The notes beneath the pieces are model-generated. The model made no database searches. It had not been told where the DNA came from and saw only the letters and a list, made by a program, of their open reading frames with translations. Below are positions 26,771 to 36,840 of a DNA stretch of 59,384 bases, one piece after another (within the stretch, counting starts at the first letter, position 1; each line of letters opens with the position of its first letter). Origin of the DNA: Candidatus Limnocylindria bacterium (lineage in GTDB: Bacteria > Chloroflexota > Limnocylindria > QHBO01); NCBI GenBank assembly GCA_046262115.1, contig JBHENJ010000044.1:1-59384 (forward strand). The letters are read 5' to 3'. Position numbers and translations under genes: made by a program.

Positions 26771-28705
26771 TCAGTCGGGTCCGGGCGCGCCTTCGAACAG
26801 GGCGGCGATCTTCACCGCCCAGCGCTCGTTGACGACGCGCAGCTTGGTCTTGAGCGTCGGTGTCAGCTCACCCTCGTCCTCGCTCAGCTCGCGCGGAAGG
26901 AGCGCAACCCGTCGCGGGCGCTCGAACACGGAGAAGTCGCTGAGCGCGCGCCGCACCTCGCCCTCGATCAAGCGAACCACCGACCGCTCCTCGACGAGCC
27001 GTTCGGGCGGCATCTCGGCCATGCCGAGCTCCGCCGCCCATCGCTCGAGCTCGGCGAACTCGGGCGCGATCAACGCGCCGGTATACGGCCGGTTGTCGCC
27101 GAGGATGACCGCCTGGGCGATGTACTTCGAGGCGACCAGGGCCGCCTCCATCGGTCCGGGCGTCACGTTCTTGCCGCTGCTCAGGACGATGATGTTCTTG
27201 AGCCGATCCGTGATGCGGAGCCGCCCATCGGCATCCAGCTCGCCGATGTCGCCGGTGTGCAGCCAGCCGTCCGGATCGATCGTGCGCGCGGTCTCGACGG
27301 GATCGTTCCAGTACCCGTGCATGACCTGCGCACCACGGACGAGGATCTCGCCGTTGCCGCCGTCGACTGCCACCTCGGTCCCCGGCGCCGGATGGCCGAC
27401 CGTCCCGAAGCGGAAGTTGTGCGGCCGGTTCACGCTCACGAACGGGCTCGTCTCGGTCATCCCGTAGCCCTCGAGCACCAGCATCCCCATGGCGAAGAAG
27501 AACTCCCCCACCTCGCGCGACAGCGCGGCGGCGCCGGATACGAAGTAGCGCACCCGGCCGCCGGTTCGCTCGCGGATCTTCGAGAACACCAGCCTGTCCG
27601 CGATCCGTAGCCGGGCACGCAGGGACCACGAGTCGGCGCGGCCGGCAACGTGGTTGGCGTACTTCTCCGCTCCGAGCGACACGGCCCACCGAAACATGCG
27701 CTGCTTCAGCGGCGAGCTTTCGTCGATCGTCGCGCGGACGCGGCCGTAGACCCGCTCGTAGAGGCGCGGCACGGCGACCATCACCGTCGGCCGGACCTCG
27801 GCCATGTTGGCCGGGAGGCGCTCGATGAGCGGCTCCGCGTACACGAGTGTGGAGCCCCGCGCGAGCGGCACGACCATCCCGGTGAGCCGCTCGAAGATGT
27901 GGCTGAGCGGGAGCCACGACAGGAAGATGTCGTCGGCGTAGAAGTCGATCGCCTGGCTGGCCGCCTCGAAGTTGAAGATCAGGTTGCCGTGGCCGATCAC
28001 CACGCCCTTCGGGTTGGCGGTGGTCCCGGAGGTGTGGATCACCGTGGCGACGCGGTCGCGGGTGAACCCGCGCCACCGCGCCTGCCACGCGGCACGGCGT
28101 GCGCCGTCGGCGGCAGCTGCCTCTCCGCGGCTCACCACGTCGGCGAGCGGGATGGCGTCCGCGGTCGGACCCATGCGGGGATCCATCACGACGAGCGTCT
28201 CGAGAGTCGGGCAGAGTGGCCGGATCGAGGCGAGCTTCGCGACCTGGTGCGCCGTCTCGACGAACGCGAGCCGAGCGCCGACGTTGTTGATGATGAAGGC
28301 GGTCTGCGCCGGCTCGAGCTGCGGGTAGATCGGGCAGCTCACCACCCCGAGCGCGAGCGATGCGACGTCGCAGACCAGCCACTCGGGTCGCGTCCGGCTG
28401 ACGATGCAGACGCGGTCGCCGTCGCCGATGCCGAGCTCCTCGAGACCGAGCGAGACAGTCGTAACCCATCCCCACATTTCGGCGTAGGTGCGACTCTGCC
28501 ATCCCGCTTCGCTCGCGTCCGACTCGTCGCCGGCACGCCCGCCGCTCGGCTTCCAGCGCAGCGCCTCGTGCGCCGGGTCGCGCTCGACGCTGCGATGGAA
28601 CAGCTCGACGAGGTTCCGTGCACGCTCGGCGTCGGGAATGTGGAGCGGCTCCACGGGTGCCAGCGTCCGCGCACTTCGCGTGGCCGGCGACGCGTTCGGG
28701 TCCAT
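26771..28705 (-). CDS. fadD: Long-chain fatty acid--CoA ligase
   Basis: TSGTT.NPKG, LPLSHIFER, EGYGMTE, GW.HTGD.G and DRLK.II..S.GKNV motifs. Confidence 0.9.
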   Translation of the reverse strand: MDPNASPATRSARTLAPVEPLHIPDAERARNLVELFHRSVERDPAHEALRWKPSGGRAGDESDASEAGWQSRTYAEMWGWVTTVSLGLEELGIGDGDRVCIVSRTRPEWLVCDVASLALGVVSCPIYPQLEPAQTAFIINNVGARLAFVETAHQVAKLASIRPLCPTLETLVVMDPRMGPTADAIPLADVVSRGEAAAADGARRAAWQARWRGFTRDRVATVIHTSGTTANPKGVVIGHGNLIFNFEAASQAIDFYADDIFLSWLPLSHIFERLTGMVVPLARGSTLVYAEPLIERLPANMAEVRPTVMVAVPRLYERVYGRVRATIDESSPLKQRMFRWAVSLGAEKYANHVAGRADSWSLRARLRIADRLVFSKIRERTGGRVRYFVSGAAALSREVGEFFFAMGMLVLEGYGMTETSPFVSVNRPHNFRFGTVGHPAPGTEVAVDGGNGEILVRGAQVMHGYWNDPVETARTIDPDGWLHTGDIGELDADGRLRITDRLKNIIVLSSGKNVTPGPMEAALVASKYIAQAVILGDNRPYTGALIAPEFAELERWAAELGMAEMPPERLVEERSVVRLIEGEVRRALSDFSVFERPRRVALLPRELSEDEGELTPTLKTKLRVVNERWAVKIAALFEGAPGPD

Positions 28706-28737
28706 AGACTGCCCTCCGAGCCGACTGGAGGACGTGC

Positions 28738-29943
28738 TCAAGCCTCCCGGCGAGCCGCCTCCACGAGTTCCTCGGCGATGACGAGCCGCTGGATCTGGTT
28801 GGTGCCTTCGTAGATCTGCGCGCCCTTGGCGTCCCGCATGAAGCGTTCCACGGGATTGTCCCGGCTGTACCCGGCGCCGCCGTAGATCTGGACCGCGTTC
28901 GTGGTCACCCGCATCGCGACGTCGGACGCGAACGTCTTGGCCATCGAGGAGGCCGCGGCGAACCGTCCGCCCGCATCGCGCAGGCGCGCCGCTCTCCACG
29001 TCAGCAGGCGCGCAGCGTCGACCTCGGTCGCCGCGTCGGCCAGCATCAGCTGAATTGCCTGCTGCTCCGCGATGGGCTTGCCGAACTGCCGGCGCTGCAC
29101 TGCGTACCGCGTGGCATGCTCGAGCGCCGATCGCGCCAGGCCCGTGCAGGCGGCGGCAATCGAGATCCGTCCTGCGCCGAGCGCGCCGAGCGCGATGCGC
29201 AGCCCGTCGCCTTGCGTCCCGAGCCGGTTCGCCTCCGGCACGAGGGCGTCCGCGAAGACGAGCTCCGCCGCCGTCGAGGCGCGAATGCCCATCTTGCGTT
29301 CCCTGGAGCCGAGCCGGAATCCCGGCGTGTCGCGCTCGACCACGAATGCGGTGATCCCCTCGCTGCCCCGGGCGCGGTCGACCGTGGCGAAGACGGTGAA
29401 GACGTCGGCATCGACGGCATTGCTGATCCAGACCTTGTTGCCGGTCAGGCGGTATCCACCTTCGGCCGGGTCGGCGCGCAGGGCGATCGCGCTCGCGTCC
29501 GATCCCGCCTGCGGCTCGGTGAGCGCGAAGGCGCCCAGTCGGCGGCCGGCGGTCATGTCGGGGAGAAATCGGTCGCGCTGCTCCGGTGTGCCATGGGCGA
29601 GGATCGGCATCTGCGTCAGGATGTGCACTGAGAGGCAGATGGCCATGCTCATGTCGGCGGCCCCGATCTCTTCCATGGCCAGCACCCAGCTGAAGTAGCT
29701 CTGTCCGGCTCCGCCGTACTCCTCCGGGTACGGCAGTCCAGTCAGGCCGATGGCGGCCATGCCGTCGAACAGCGACCGGTCGAACCGCTCTTCCTCGTCG
29801 CGCGCCGCAGCGGTCGGCGCCAGACGCTCGGTGGCGAACTGCCGCACCGTGTCACGGACGAGCCGCTCGTCGTCGGTGAGGGCGAACGGATCGCTCCCTC
29901 CGGCCGACCGGTCAGCCGTCGAGCTTGTTGCCGTGGTCGTCAT
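28738..29943 (-). CDS. Acyl-CoA dehydrogenase (short/branched-chain type)
   Basis: FALTEP.AGSD, G.K.WISN, KMG.R.S, R.QFGK.I, GG.GY and IYEGT.QIQR motifs. Confidence 0.93.
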   Translation of the reverse strand: MTTTATSSTADRSAGGSDPFALTDDERLVRDTVRQFATERLAPTAAARDEEERFDRSLFDGMAAIGLTGLPYPEEYGGAGQSYFSWVLAMEEIGAADMSMAICLSVHILTQMPILAHGTPEQRDRFLPDMTAGRRLGAFALTEPQAGSDASAIALRADPAEGGYRLTGNKVWISNAVDADVFTVFATVDRARGSEGITAFVVERDTPGFRLGSRERKMGIRASTAAELVFADALVPEANRLGTQGDGLRIALGALGAGRISIAAACTGLARSALEHATRYAVQRRQFGKPIAEQQAIQLMLADAATEVDAARLLTWRAARLRDAGGRFAAASSMAKTFASDVAMRVTTNAVQIYGGAGYSRDNPVERFMRDAKGAQIYEGTNQIQRLVIAEELVEAARREA

Positions 29944-30787
29944 ATCGGTAGAAGCCGCGGCCGCTCTTCCGTCCGACGTGGCCGGCGGTGACCATCTGGC
30001 GCAGCAGCGGCGCGGCGCGGAACTTCGGGTCGCCGAAGCCGCGGTGCAGGACGTCCATCACGTTGAGCATGACGTCGTTGCCGATGAAGTCGGACAGCTC
30101 GAGCGGGCCCATCGGGTGATTCAGCCCGAGTCTCGCGCCGGTGTCGATGTCGGCGGCGGTCCCCGTAGAGTCCATCAACGCGAAGACCGCCTCGTTGATG
30201 AAGGGGCCGAGCATCCGGTTGACGAGGAAGCCGGGATAGTCGCGCGACTCGATCACCTCCTTGCCCAGCTCGCCGGCGAGCGCGCGCATCGCCTCGTATG
30301 TCGCGTCCGACGTCTCCAGGCCGCGGATGATCTCGATGAGCTTCATGACCGGGACCGGCGAGAAAAAGTGCAGGCCGATGAACCGATCGGGCCGGTCGGT
30401 GGCCGTGGCCAGCGCGGTGATCGAGATCGAGCTCGTGTTCGTCGCGAAGATTGTGTCGCGATCGGCCACCCGCGACAGCGCGGCCCACGTCTCGCGCTTC
30501 AGCGCCTCGTCCTCGAAGATCGCCTCGACCACGAGATCGTGCCCCCCCGCCGGATCTGTGCCGACGGCGGTGTCGACACGGTGGAGCTGCTCGTCCGCGG
30601 CCGCGCGCTCGAGGCGCCCCATCTCGACGTGGCGCGCGAGGTTGGCGGCGATCCGCTGGTGGCCCTTCGTCGCGAGGTCGTCCGTGCGGTCGGCGAGGGT
30701 GACGCGCTTCCCGGCGGCGGCTGCCACCTGCGCGATGCCATGCCCCATCAGCCCTGCGCCGATCACGAAGACGCGCTCCACGGCCAT
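29912..30787 (-). CDS. hbd: 3-hydroxybutyryl-CoA dehydrogenase
   Basis: GAGLMG.GIAQ, EAI.E, TNTSS, GLHFF.P, PGF.VNR and HPMGP motifs. Confidence 0.92.
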   Translation of the reverse strand: MAVERVFVIGAGLMGHGIAQVAAAAGKRVTLADRTDDLATKGHQRIAANLARHVEMGRLERAAADEQLHRVDTAVGTDPAGGHDLVVEAIFEDEALKRETWAALSRVADRDTIFATNTSSISITALATATDRPDRFIGLHFFSPVPVMKLIEIIRGLETSDATYEAMRALAGELGKEVIESRDYPGFLVNRMLGPFINEAVFALMDSTGTAADIDTGARLGLNHPMGPLELSDFIGNDVMLNVMDVLHRGFGDPKFRAAPLLRQMVTAGHVGRKSGRGFYRYDDHGNKLDG

Positions 30788-30798
30788 CGGTCGCAAGC

Positions 30799-31728
30799 CT
30801 ACCAGCCGCCACCGGCGGTGAGCCTGTCGGCCGCCGTGACGGGGTCGAGGCGACGCGCCGCGATGGCATCGACCGCCTCCGACCACGCCGCGTCGCCCGA
30901 GAGGCGGCGCATGAGCCTATCGCTGACCGCGCGGCGCAGCTGATCGGCAGCGCGGCGTCGCGCCTCCATCGGCAGGCGAGCGCGGTCCCGGTCGGCGTCG
31001 ATTGCGTCCAGGAGTTCGGGCACGCCCTCGCCGCTCGTCGCGGTGGTGATCACGATCGGCGGCGGACGTCGCTCGAATCGCCCTCCCGCCGTCGACATCA
31101 TCGCGCGCAGCTGCCGCGCGGTACGGGACGCGCCGGGACGATCCCCCTTGTTCACGGCGATGACGTCGGCGACCTCCACGAGACCGGCCTTGATCGCCTG
31201 GATCTCATCGCCAGCCTCCGGCGGCTCCACCACGACGGTCGTCTCTGCCAGGCGGGCGATCTCCACCTCCGACTGCCCCGCACCGACGGTCTCCACCATC
31301 ACCGGGTCGAACCCCGCGGCGTCCAACGCGGCCACGGCGATCCAGGTCGTCGCGGCGAGGCCGCCGAGCTCACCGCGGCTGGCCATGCTCCGCATGAAGA
31401 CGTCGCGATCGGCGGCGTGCTCCATCATCCGGATTCGGTCGCCCATGATCGCGCCGCCGCTGTACGGGGACGTCGGGTCGACCGCAAGGATCGCGACCCG
31501 CCGGCCGCGGCGACGCAGCTCGCCGGTGAGTGCCGAGACGAGGGTGGACTTGCCACTGCCCGGCGGCCCCGTCACCCCCACGACGTGCGCGCCGTGTCCC
31601 GCCTCGAAGAGGACGGGCAGGAATCCACGCAGCTCGTCGTGCCCGTTCTCGATCGCCGTCAGCAGCCGGGCCAGCGGCCGGCGCCCGCCGATCGCCGTCG
31701 CCGCGAGCAGGTCGTCGAGCTCGCCCAC
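30799..31728 (-). CDS. meaB: MeaB/ArgK GTPase chaperone of B12 mutases
   Basis: GPPGSGKST, VDP.SP..GGA.MGDRIRM, ETVG.GQSE and NK.D motifs. Confidence 0.93.
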   Translation of the reverse strand: MGELDDLLAATAIGGRRPLARLLTAIENGHDELRGFLPVLFEAGHGAHVVGVTGPPGSGKSTLVSALTGELRRRGRRVAILAVDPTSPYSGGAIMGDRIRMMEHAADRDVFMRSMASRGELGGLAATTWIAVAALDAAGFDPVMVETVGAGQSEVEIARLAETTVVVEPPEAGDEIQAIKAGLVEVADVIAVNKGDRPGASRTARQLRAMMSTAGGRFERRPPPIVITTATSGEGVPELLDAIDADRDRARLPMEARRRAADQLRRAVSDRLMRRLSGDAAWSEAVDAIAARRLDPVTAADRLTAGGGW

Positions 31729-31733
31729 CGTCC

Positions 31734-32174
31734 TCAGCCGACGGCTGCGCGGCGGGCGTGCTCCCGGAAGTAGCGTGCCACCTGTCCGATGCTCGTGCCA
31801 GGCCCGAAGACCTCGGCGATACCGGCCGCCTTGAGGTCGGCGACGTCGGCGTCGGGGATGATGCCGCCGGCCGCCACGAGGACGTCGTCCATGCCCCGCT
31901 CACGGAGCAGCCGCACGATCCTGGGGAGGAGCGCCATGTGCGCGCCGGACAGGATCGAAAGGCCCACGACGTCGACGTCCTCCTGCTCCGCGGCGTCCGC
32001 GATCATCTCCGGCGTCTGGCGGAGACCTGTGTAGATGACCTCGAATCCCTCGTCACGGAGGCCGCGCGCGAGGACCTTGGCCCCACGGTCGTGGCCGTCG
32101 AGGCCCGGTTTCGCGATGAGGACGCGGATCGGAGTGTCGTGGCGGGCGTTGTCGGCGGACTCGGGCTCGTTCAC
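31734..32174 (-). CDS. Cobalamin-binding small subunit of an acyl-CoA mutase (IcmB-like)
   Basis: [10 protein letters not shown] (DxHxxG), EVIYTG.RQTP, SILSGAH and GGIIP motifs. Confidence 0.93.
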   Translation of the reverse strand: MNEPESADNARHDTPIRVLIAKPGLDGHDRGAKVLARGLRDEGFEVIYTGLRQTPEMIADAAEQEDVDVVGLSILSGAHMALLPRIVRLLRERGMDDVLVAAGGIIPDADVADLKAAGIAEVFGPGTSIGQVARYFREHARRAAVG

Positions 32175-32179
32175 CTCGA

Positions 32180-32839
32180 CTACGCCGGGCGCTGCCGGGC
32201 CAGAAGGTTGAGGAACTCGGTCCGCGTCCGGAGGTCGCGCCGGAAGGTGCCGAGCATGGCGCTCGTCACCATCCGCGCCTCCTCCTTCTTCACGCCGCGC
32301 ATGATCGTGCACATGTGCGCGGCCTCGATCACGCACCCGACGCCGCGTGGCTGCAATCGCTCCATCAGGAACCGGGCGATCTCGTTCGTCATCCGCTCCT
32401 GGAGTTGAAGCCGGCGCGCGAAGAGGTCGACCACGCGCGGGATCTTTGAGAGGCCGATGACGCGAGCGCGCGGCAGGTACCCGACGTGCGCCATCCCCCA
32501 GAACGGCAGCAGGTGGTGCTCGCACAGCGAGTGGAATTCGATGTCGCGGACGAGGACCATCTCGTCGTAGTCGACCTCGAACACGGCTCCGTTGAGGAGC
32601 GCGTCGGCGTCGACGCGATAGCCCGACGTGAGCTCGGCGTACATGGTCCGGACGCGCTCGGGAGTCCGGCGAAGGCCCTCTCGGTCGGGGTCGTCGCCGA
32701 CGTCACGGAGCAGCGCGCGGAGCGCGTCGTCGAATGGGTGCGGGGGCGTCGCACCCGCGCCGTCGCCGCCCGAGCCGTCGGCCGGCAGTGCCGACCCGGA
32801 GATCCCGATGGCGTCCCCGACGCCGCCCGCAGGGTCCAT
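32180..32839 (-). CDS. folE: GTP cyclohydrolase I
   Basis: REGL..TP.RV, CEHH.LPF, GLSK..R, RLQ.QER and H.C...RG motifs. Confidence 0.95.
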   Translation of the reverse strand: MDPAGGVGDAIGISGSALPADGSGGDGAGATPPHPFDDALRALLRDVGDDPDREGLRRTPERVRTMYAELTSGYRVDADALLNGAVFEVDYDEMVLVRDIEFHSLCEHHLLPFWGMAHVGYLPRARVIGLSKIPRVVDLFARRLQLQERMTNEIARFLMERLQPRGVGCVIEAAHMCTIMRGVKKEEARMVTSAMLGTFRRDLRTRTEFLNLLARQRPA

Positions 32840-32873
32840 CCCGGCATCGTAGCAGGGGTCGAGCGCTCCCCCG

Positions 32874-33557
32874 CTACCCCTCGGGTGGCACCGGAGCGGC
32901 CGGGTCCACGGCGAGGGCCGGCGGCCTGTCGGCGGTGGCTGCGCGCGTATCGGTCGAGCGCGCGAACACGAGCACGATGACCGCGCCGAGCACCCAGCCC
33001 GCGATGACATCCGTGAGGAAGTGGACGCCGAGATAGACCCGCGTCAGGCCGACGCATCCGACAAGCGCCGCAAGCGCGATGACGACGGCCGTCTTCACCG
33101 GTCGCGGCAGACGGCCTCGCAGGACGAGCACCGCGAGCACCCCGTACGTGGTGGCGCTCATGAGCGCGTGGCCGGACGGGAAGCTGAAGCCCGGCTCGAC
33201 GATCGGGGCATTGAGCACCTCGGGGCGAGCGCGCGACAGGATCAGCTTGATGGTCGAGTTGCCGAGGGCGACGACGGCGATCGTGCCCGACGCCAGGAGG
33301 CCCAGGCCGACGGCTCGCCTGGCGAGCAGGACCGCGAGGAGCGCCACCGCGATCAGCGTCACTGCCCACGTCGATCCCAGGTCCGTGACGGCTCGGGCCA
33401 GCGGAACGCCGCCGCTTCGCTCCGGGTCGGTGAGCCACGACGTGACGGCGAAGTCGAACGCATCGGTCGCGCCCAGCGCGACGAGCGTCGCGAGGAGCAA
33501 GAAGGTGAGTGCACCCGCGACCGCGACCGCATCACGCACCGACCGGCTCGCCGCCAT
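32874..33557 (-). CDS. PAP2-family membrane phosphatase
   Basis: K....R.RP, SFPSGH and R.YLGVH..TDV..G motifs. Confidence 0.9.
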   Translation of the reverse strand: MAASRSVRDAVAVAGALTFLLLATLVALGATDAFDFAVTSWLTDPERSGGVPLARAVTDLGSTWAVTLIAVALLAVLLARRAVGLGLLASGTIAVVALGNSTIKLILSRARPEVLNAPIVEPGFSFPSGHALMSATTYGVLAVLVLRGRLPRPVKTAVVIALAALVGCVGLTRVYLGVHFLTDVIAGWVLGAVIVLVFARSTDTRAATADRPPALAVDPAAPVPPEG

Positions 33558-33601
33558 CGGCCGGTAAGTCTACGAATCCGCGGCGATATGATCCGCCTGC
33601 C

Positions 33602-35644
33602 ATGAGCGCGTCGCGACCTCGGGCCAAGCCGCTCGGGCGGACGTGGTCGGCCGCTCTGGGCCGTCGAGCGGCCGCGCTCGCGCCGACCCTCGTGGTCGGG
33701 GCGGCGCTTGTCGCGGGCTACGTATATCCGCCGCTGAGCGTCATGCTCGTCTGGCCGCTGCTGTTCTTCCTGCCGGGTTGGGCGATCGTGAGAGCGCTCC
33801 GCGCGCGCCTCACGGTCCCATCCCGCCTGGGCGTCGCGATCGTGATCTCGGTGGCGATCGCCGCGCATCTTGTGTACTGGCTCGCGACGGTGGCCGGCGC
33901 ATACAGCCGCGAGACGATCTTCGCCGCGGCTGCCCTGCTCGCGCTGCCGGTGGTGTGGGGATATCCGGCGGGTCGGACGCCGTTCGCCATCAGGGTGGGG
34001 CGCTCGTGGCGCATCGCGCGGCGGCACGCGACCCCGTTGGTTCTCGCCGCGGCAGCCGGCGGTTGGGTGGCTCTCATCCTCGCCGCCGGTATCTGGCACG
34101 TGACGCCACAGGGCGTCAGCTCGGGCGGATCGAACTGGAGCGATCTCCTCGTCCACGTCTCGATCGCCGAGTCGGTGAACGCGGGCAACTTCCCGCCCCA
34201 GGTGCCGTTCTTCGCCGGAGCGCCGCTGACGTATCACTGGTTCAGCGACTTCCACGCGGGGATCGCGGCACGCGCTGCGGGCCTGTTCTCTGTCCCGGTG
34301 ATGGTCTTCAGCAACGCCGTCTTCGCCGCCGCCCTCGCGCTTGTCGTGCACGCGCTGGCGATGCGGCTCCTCCGGGACCGGCGGGCCGCCGTCCTCGCGG
34401 TCGTGCTGACCGTGATGGGTGGCGGCCTCGGCTACATCCGCTTCTTCGGCGATCTCGCGGCGGGCCTCGGCGATCCAGTCGCGCTCGTCACACGTATCGG
34501 TTACGACAACCAGTGGCTCACCGACTGGCCGTACTTCCGGATCCCGTCGGTGATGGGGACCGGCCTCCTGGCCCACCGCGCGACGACTGCCGGACTGCCC
34601 ATGCTCATCGCGATCGTGTTGCTCGTCTCGATGGGCCTGCCCGAGCGGCACCGGGCGGCCACCGGCTGGCGTGACAGGCCGATGCTGCTCGTGATCGCCG
34701 GCCTGTTGACCGGCCTCCTCGCGCCGTTCCACTTCTTCTTCTTTCCCGCCGCTCTCCTCCTGGTCGGTTTCTACGCGGCGGCCGCACGCCGGCTGAGCGA
34801 CCGTGCGGCGCGACGAAACGCTGCTGCCTACCTCGGGCCATGTGCGATCGCGATTCCGTTCGTGATCCTTCCGCTCGCCACAGCAGGCGCTGCCGGCACG
34901 ATCCGCTTCCATCCCTGGTGGGACGCGCCGGTCGAGGGCGGCGCAGCCGGCGTCGCGTTCTTCTACGTCACCAACCTCGGCGTTCCGTTCCTCCTCGCCG
35001 TCGTCGCGGCCGCGCGGCCGTCGACGCCGCGCCGTGGCTTCCTGGCGGCGTGGGCCGCGCTTCTGTTCGCGATCCCGAACCTGGTCGCATTCAGCTCCGT
35101 GACCTTCGACATGAACAAGTACTTCCAGGCCATGGCGATCGCGCTCGCACTGCTGGCGGGCTGGCTGATGCGCCGATGGAGACCGCTTCCGGTCACATTG
35201 GCGATGGCGGCGAGCCTGTTCAGCCCAGTGCTAGTCAGCCTCCACTACGCCATCGACAGGCCGCAGATCCTGACGACCGCCGACCTGCACGCGGCCGAGT
35301 GGGCGCGCGCGTCGACTCCCGAGCGGAGTGTCTTTGTCACGGACGGCTGGCTTCACTCGTTCACGGACGTGGCCGGACGCCTGAGGCTCCTCACGTTCAC
35401 GCCGTACATCGCCAACCTCGGGTACGAGCCGCGACTCCGCGAGATGCAGGTCCACGACATCTACTGCGCGGGCGCAGATGCGGCGGCGGCGCTCGTCCAG
35501 GAGCTCGGAGCCGACTACGTCGTCGACGGCGGCCCGCCGGCCGACTGCCCTGCGCCGACCGACTTCTCGACGGACGCCGCCTTCGCGCTCGTGTACGAGA
35601 ACGCCCAGTTCCGTATCTGGCGGGTGGTCGCACGGCCGTCGTAG
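33602..35644 (+). CDS. Polytopic membrane protein, GT-C glycosyltransferase-like
   Basis: Many TM segments, an external loop 'WSD...H...GNFPP..P...G.PL.YHW', and a C-terminal soluble domain ending 'F.LVYEN..F.IW'. Confidence 0.65.
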   Translation: MSASRPRAKPLGRTWSAALGRRAAALAPTLVVGAALVAGYVYPPLSVMLVWPLLFFLPGWAIVRALRARLTVPSRLGVAIVISVAIAAHLVYWLATVAGAYSRETIFAAAALLALPVVWGYPAGRTPFAIRVGRSWRIARRHATPLVLAAAAGGWVALILAAGIWHVTPQGVSSGGSNWSDLLVHVSIAESVNAGNFPPQVPFFAGAPLTYHWFSDFHAGIAARAAGLFSVPVMVFSNAVFAAALALVVHALAMRLLRDRRAAVLAVVLTVMGGGLGYIRFFGDLAAGLGDPVALVTRIGYDNQWLTDWPYFRIPSVMGTGLLAHRATTAGLPMLIAIVLLVSMGLPERHRAATGWRDRPMLLVIAGLLTGLLAPFHFFFFPAALLLVGFYAAAARRLSDRAARRNAAAYLGPCAIAIPFVILPLATAGAAGTIRFHPWWDAPVEGGAAGVAFFYVTNLGVPFLLAVVAAARPSTPRRGFLAAWAALLFAIPNLVAFSSVTFDMNKYFQAMAIALALLAGWLMRRWRPLPVTLAMAASLFSPVLVSLHYAIDRPQILTTADLHAAEWARASTPERSVFVTDGWLHSFTDVAGRLRLLTFTPYIANLGYEPRLREMQVHDIYCAGADAAAALVQELGADYVVDGGPPADCPAPTDFSTDAAFALVYENAQFRIWRVVARPS

Positions 35645-35691
35645 CGACGCGCGCCGACCGGCCGCACGGAGCTCGTCCGTATCATCGCCGC

Positions 35692-36840
35692 ATGGCCGCC
35701 AGCGGAGCAGTCGTCGAGTTCGAGCACGTCACGAAGAGGTACGGCAACGGCCCGCCCGCGGTGGACGATCTGTCGCTGCGAGTGCCCGGCGGAAAGATCT
35801 GCGTCCTGGTCGGACCTTCCGGGTGCGGCAAGACGACGACGATGAAGATGGTGAACCGCCTGGTGGAGCCAACCTCGGGTCGCGTCACGATCGATGGGCG
35901 CGACGTGATGGACTTCCGTGCCGTCGAGCTTCGGCGCGGCATCGGGTACGTGATCCAGCAGGTCGGTCTCTTCCCGCACCTGACCGTCGGCGCGAATGTC
36001 GGCGTCGTCCCTCGCCTCCTCGGCTGGCGCACCGCGCGCGTCGACGCGCGCACCGACGAACTTCTCGAGCTCGTCGGGCTCGAGCCCGCGACCTTTCGTG
36101 ACCGGTATCCGTCCGAGCTGTCCGGCGGCGAGCGCCAACGCGTCGGCGTTGCGCGCGCGCTGGCCGCCGATCCTCCCGTGATGCTCATGGACGAACCCTT
36201 CGGCGCGGTGGATCCGATCCGGCGCGAGCAGCTTCAGAACCAGCTGCTACGGCTTCAGGCGCAGGTCCGCAAGACGATCCTGTTCGTCACCCACGACGTG
36301 GACGAGGCGATCAAGATGGCCGACCGGCTGGCGATCATGCGACGCGGCGGGGTCTTGGCCCAGTACGACACCCCCGATGCGGTGCTCGCCCATCCTGCCG
36401 GTGACTTCGTCGAGCGCTTCGTGGGTGCCGACCGCGGGCTCAAGCGGTTGTCCCTCACGCGCGTCCGAGACGTCCCCCTCCGCGATCCGGTCGTTGCCCA
36501 GGCAGGCGAGCCCGCCGATGCCGTGCGCCGCCGTCTCGACGAGGCCGGCAGCGAGTACGCGCTCGCGGTCGACGGCGCCGGACGACCGGCCGGCTGGTTC
36601 TCCAGGGCCGAGCTCCGTGACGCCGAGGCCGTCGACCTTGCGCGGGCGACGCCGCTCGCGCCGCCGCTCGAGCCCGAATCGACGCTACGCGACGCCCTGT
36701 CCGGGATGTTGGCCTCGAGCGTCCAGCTCGGCGTCGTCGTCGACGACCAGGGCAGGGCGGTCGGCCTGCTGTCGATCGACACCGTCGGCGAGACGCTCCG
36801 CCAGCCGCGCCGAGAACCGGAGGCGCCACGGAGTGCGTGA
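35692..36840 (+). CDS. Osmoprotectant ABC transporter ATPase with CBS domains
   Basis: GPSGCGKTT, GYVIQQ.GLFPH, LSGG..QR and MDEPFGA.D motifs. Confidence 0.93.
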   Translation: MAASGAVVEFEHVTKRYGNGPPAVDDLSLRVPGGKICVLVGPSGCGKTTTMKMVNRLVEPTSGRVTIDGRDVMDFRAVELRRGIGYVIQQVGLFPHLTVGANVGVVPRLLGWRTARVDARTDELLELVGLEPATFRDRYPSELSGGERQRVGVARALAADPPVMLMDEPFGAVDPIRREQLQNQLLRLQAQVRKTILFVTHDVDEAIKMADRLAIMRRGGVLAQYDTPDAVLAHPAGDFVERFVGADRGLKRLSLTRVRDVPLRDPVVAQAGEPADAVRRRLDEAGSEYALAVDGAGRPAGWFSRAELRDAEAVDLARATPLAPPLEPESTLRDALSGMLASSVQLGVVVDDQGRAVGLLSIDTVGETLRQPRREPEAPRSA

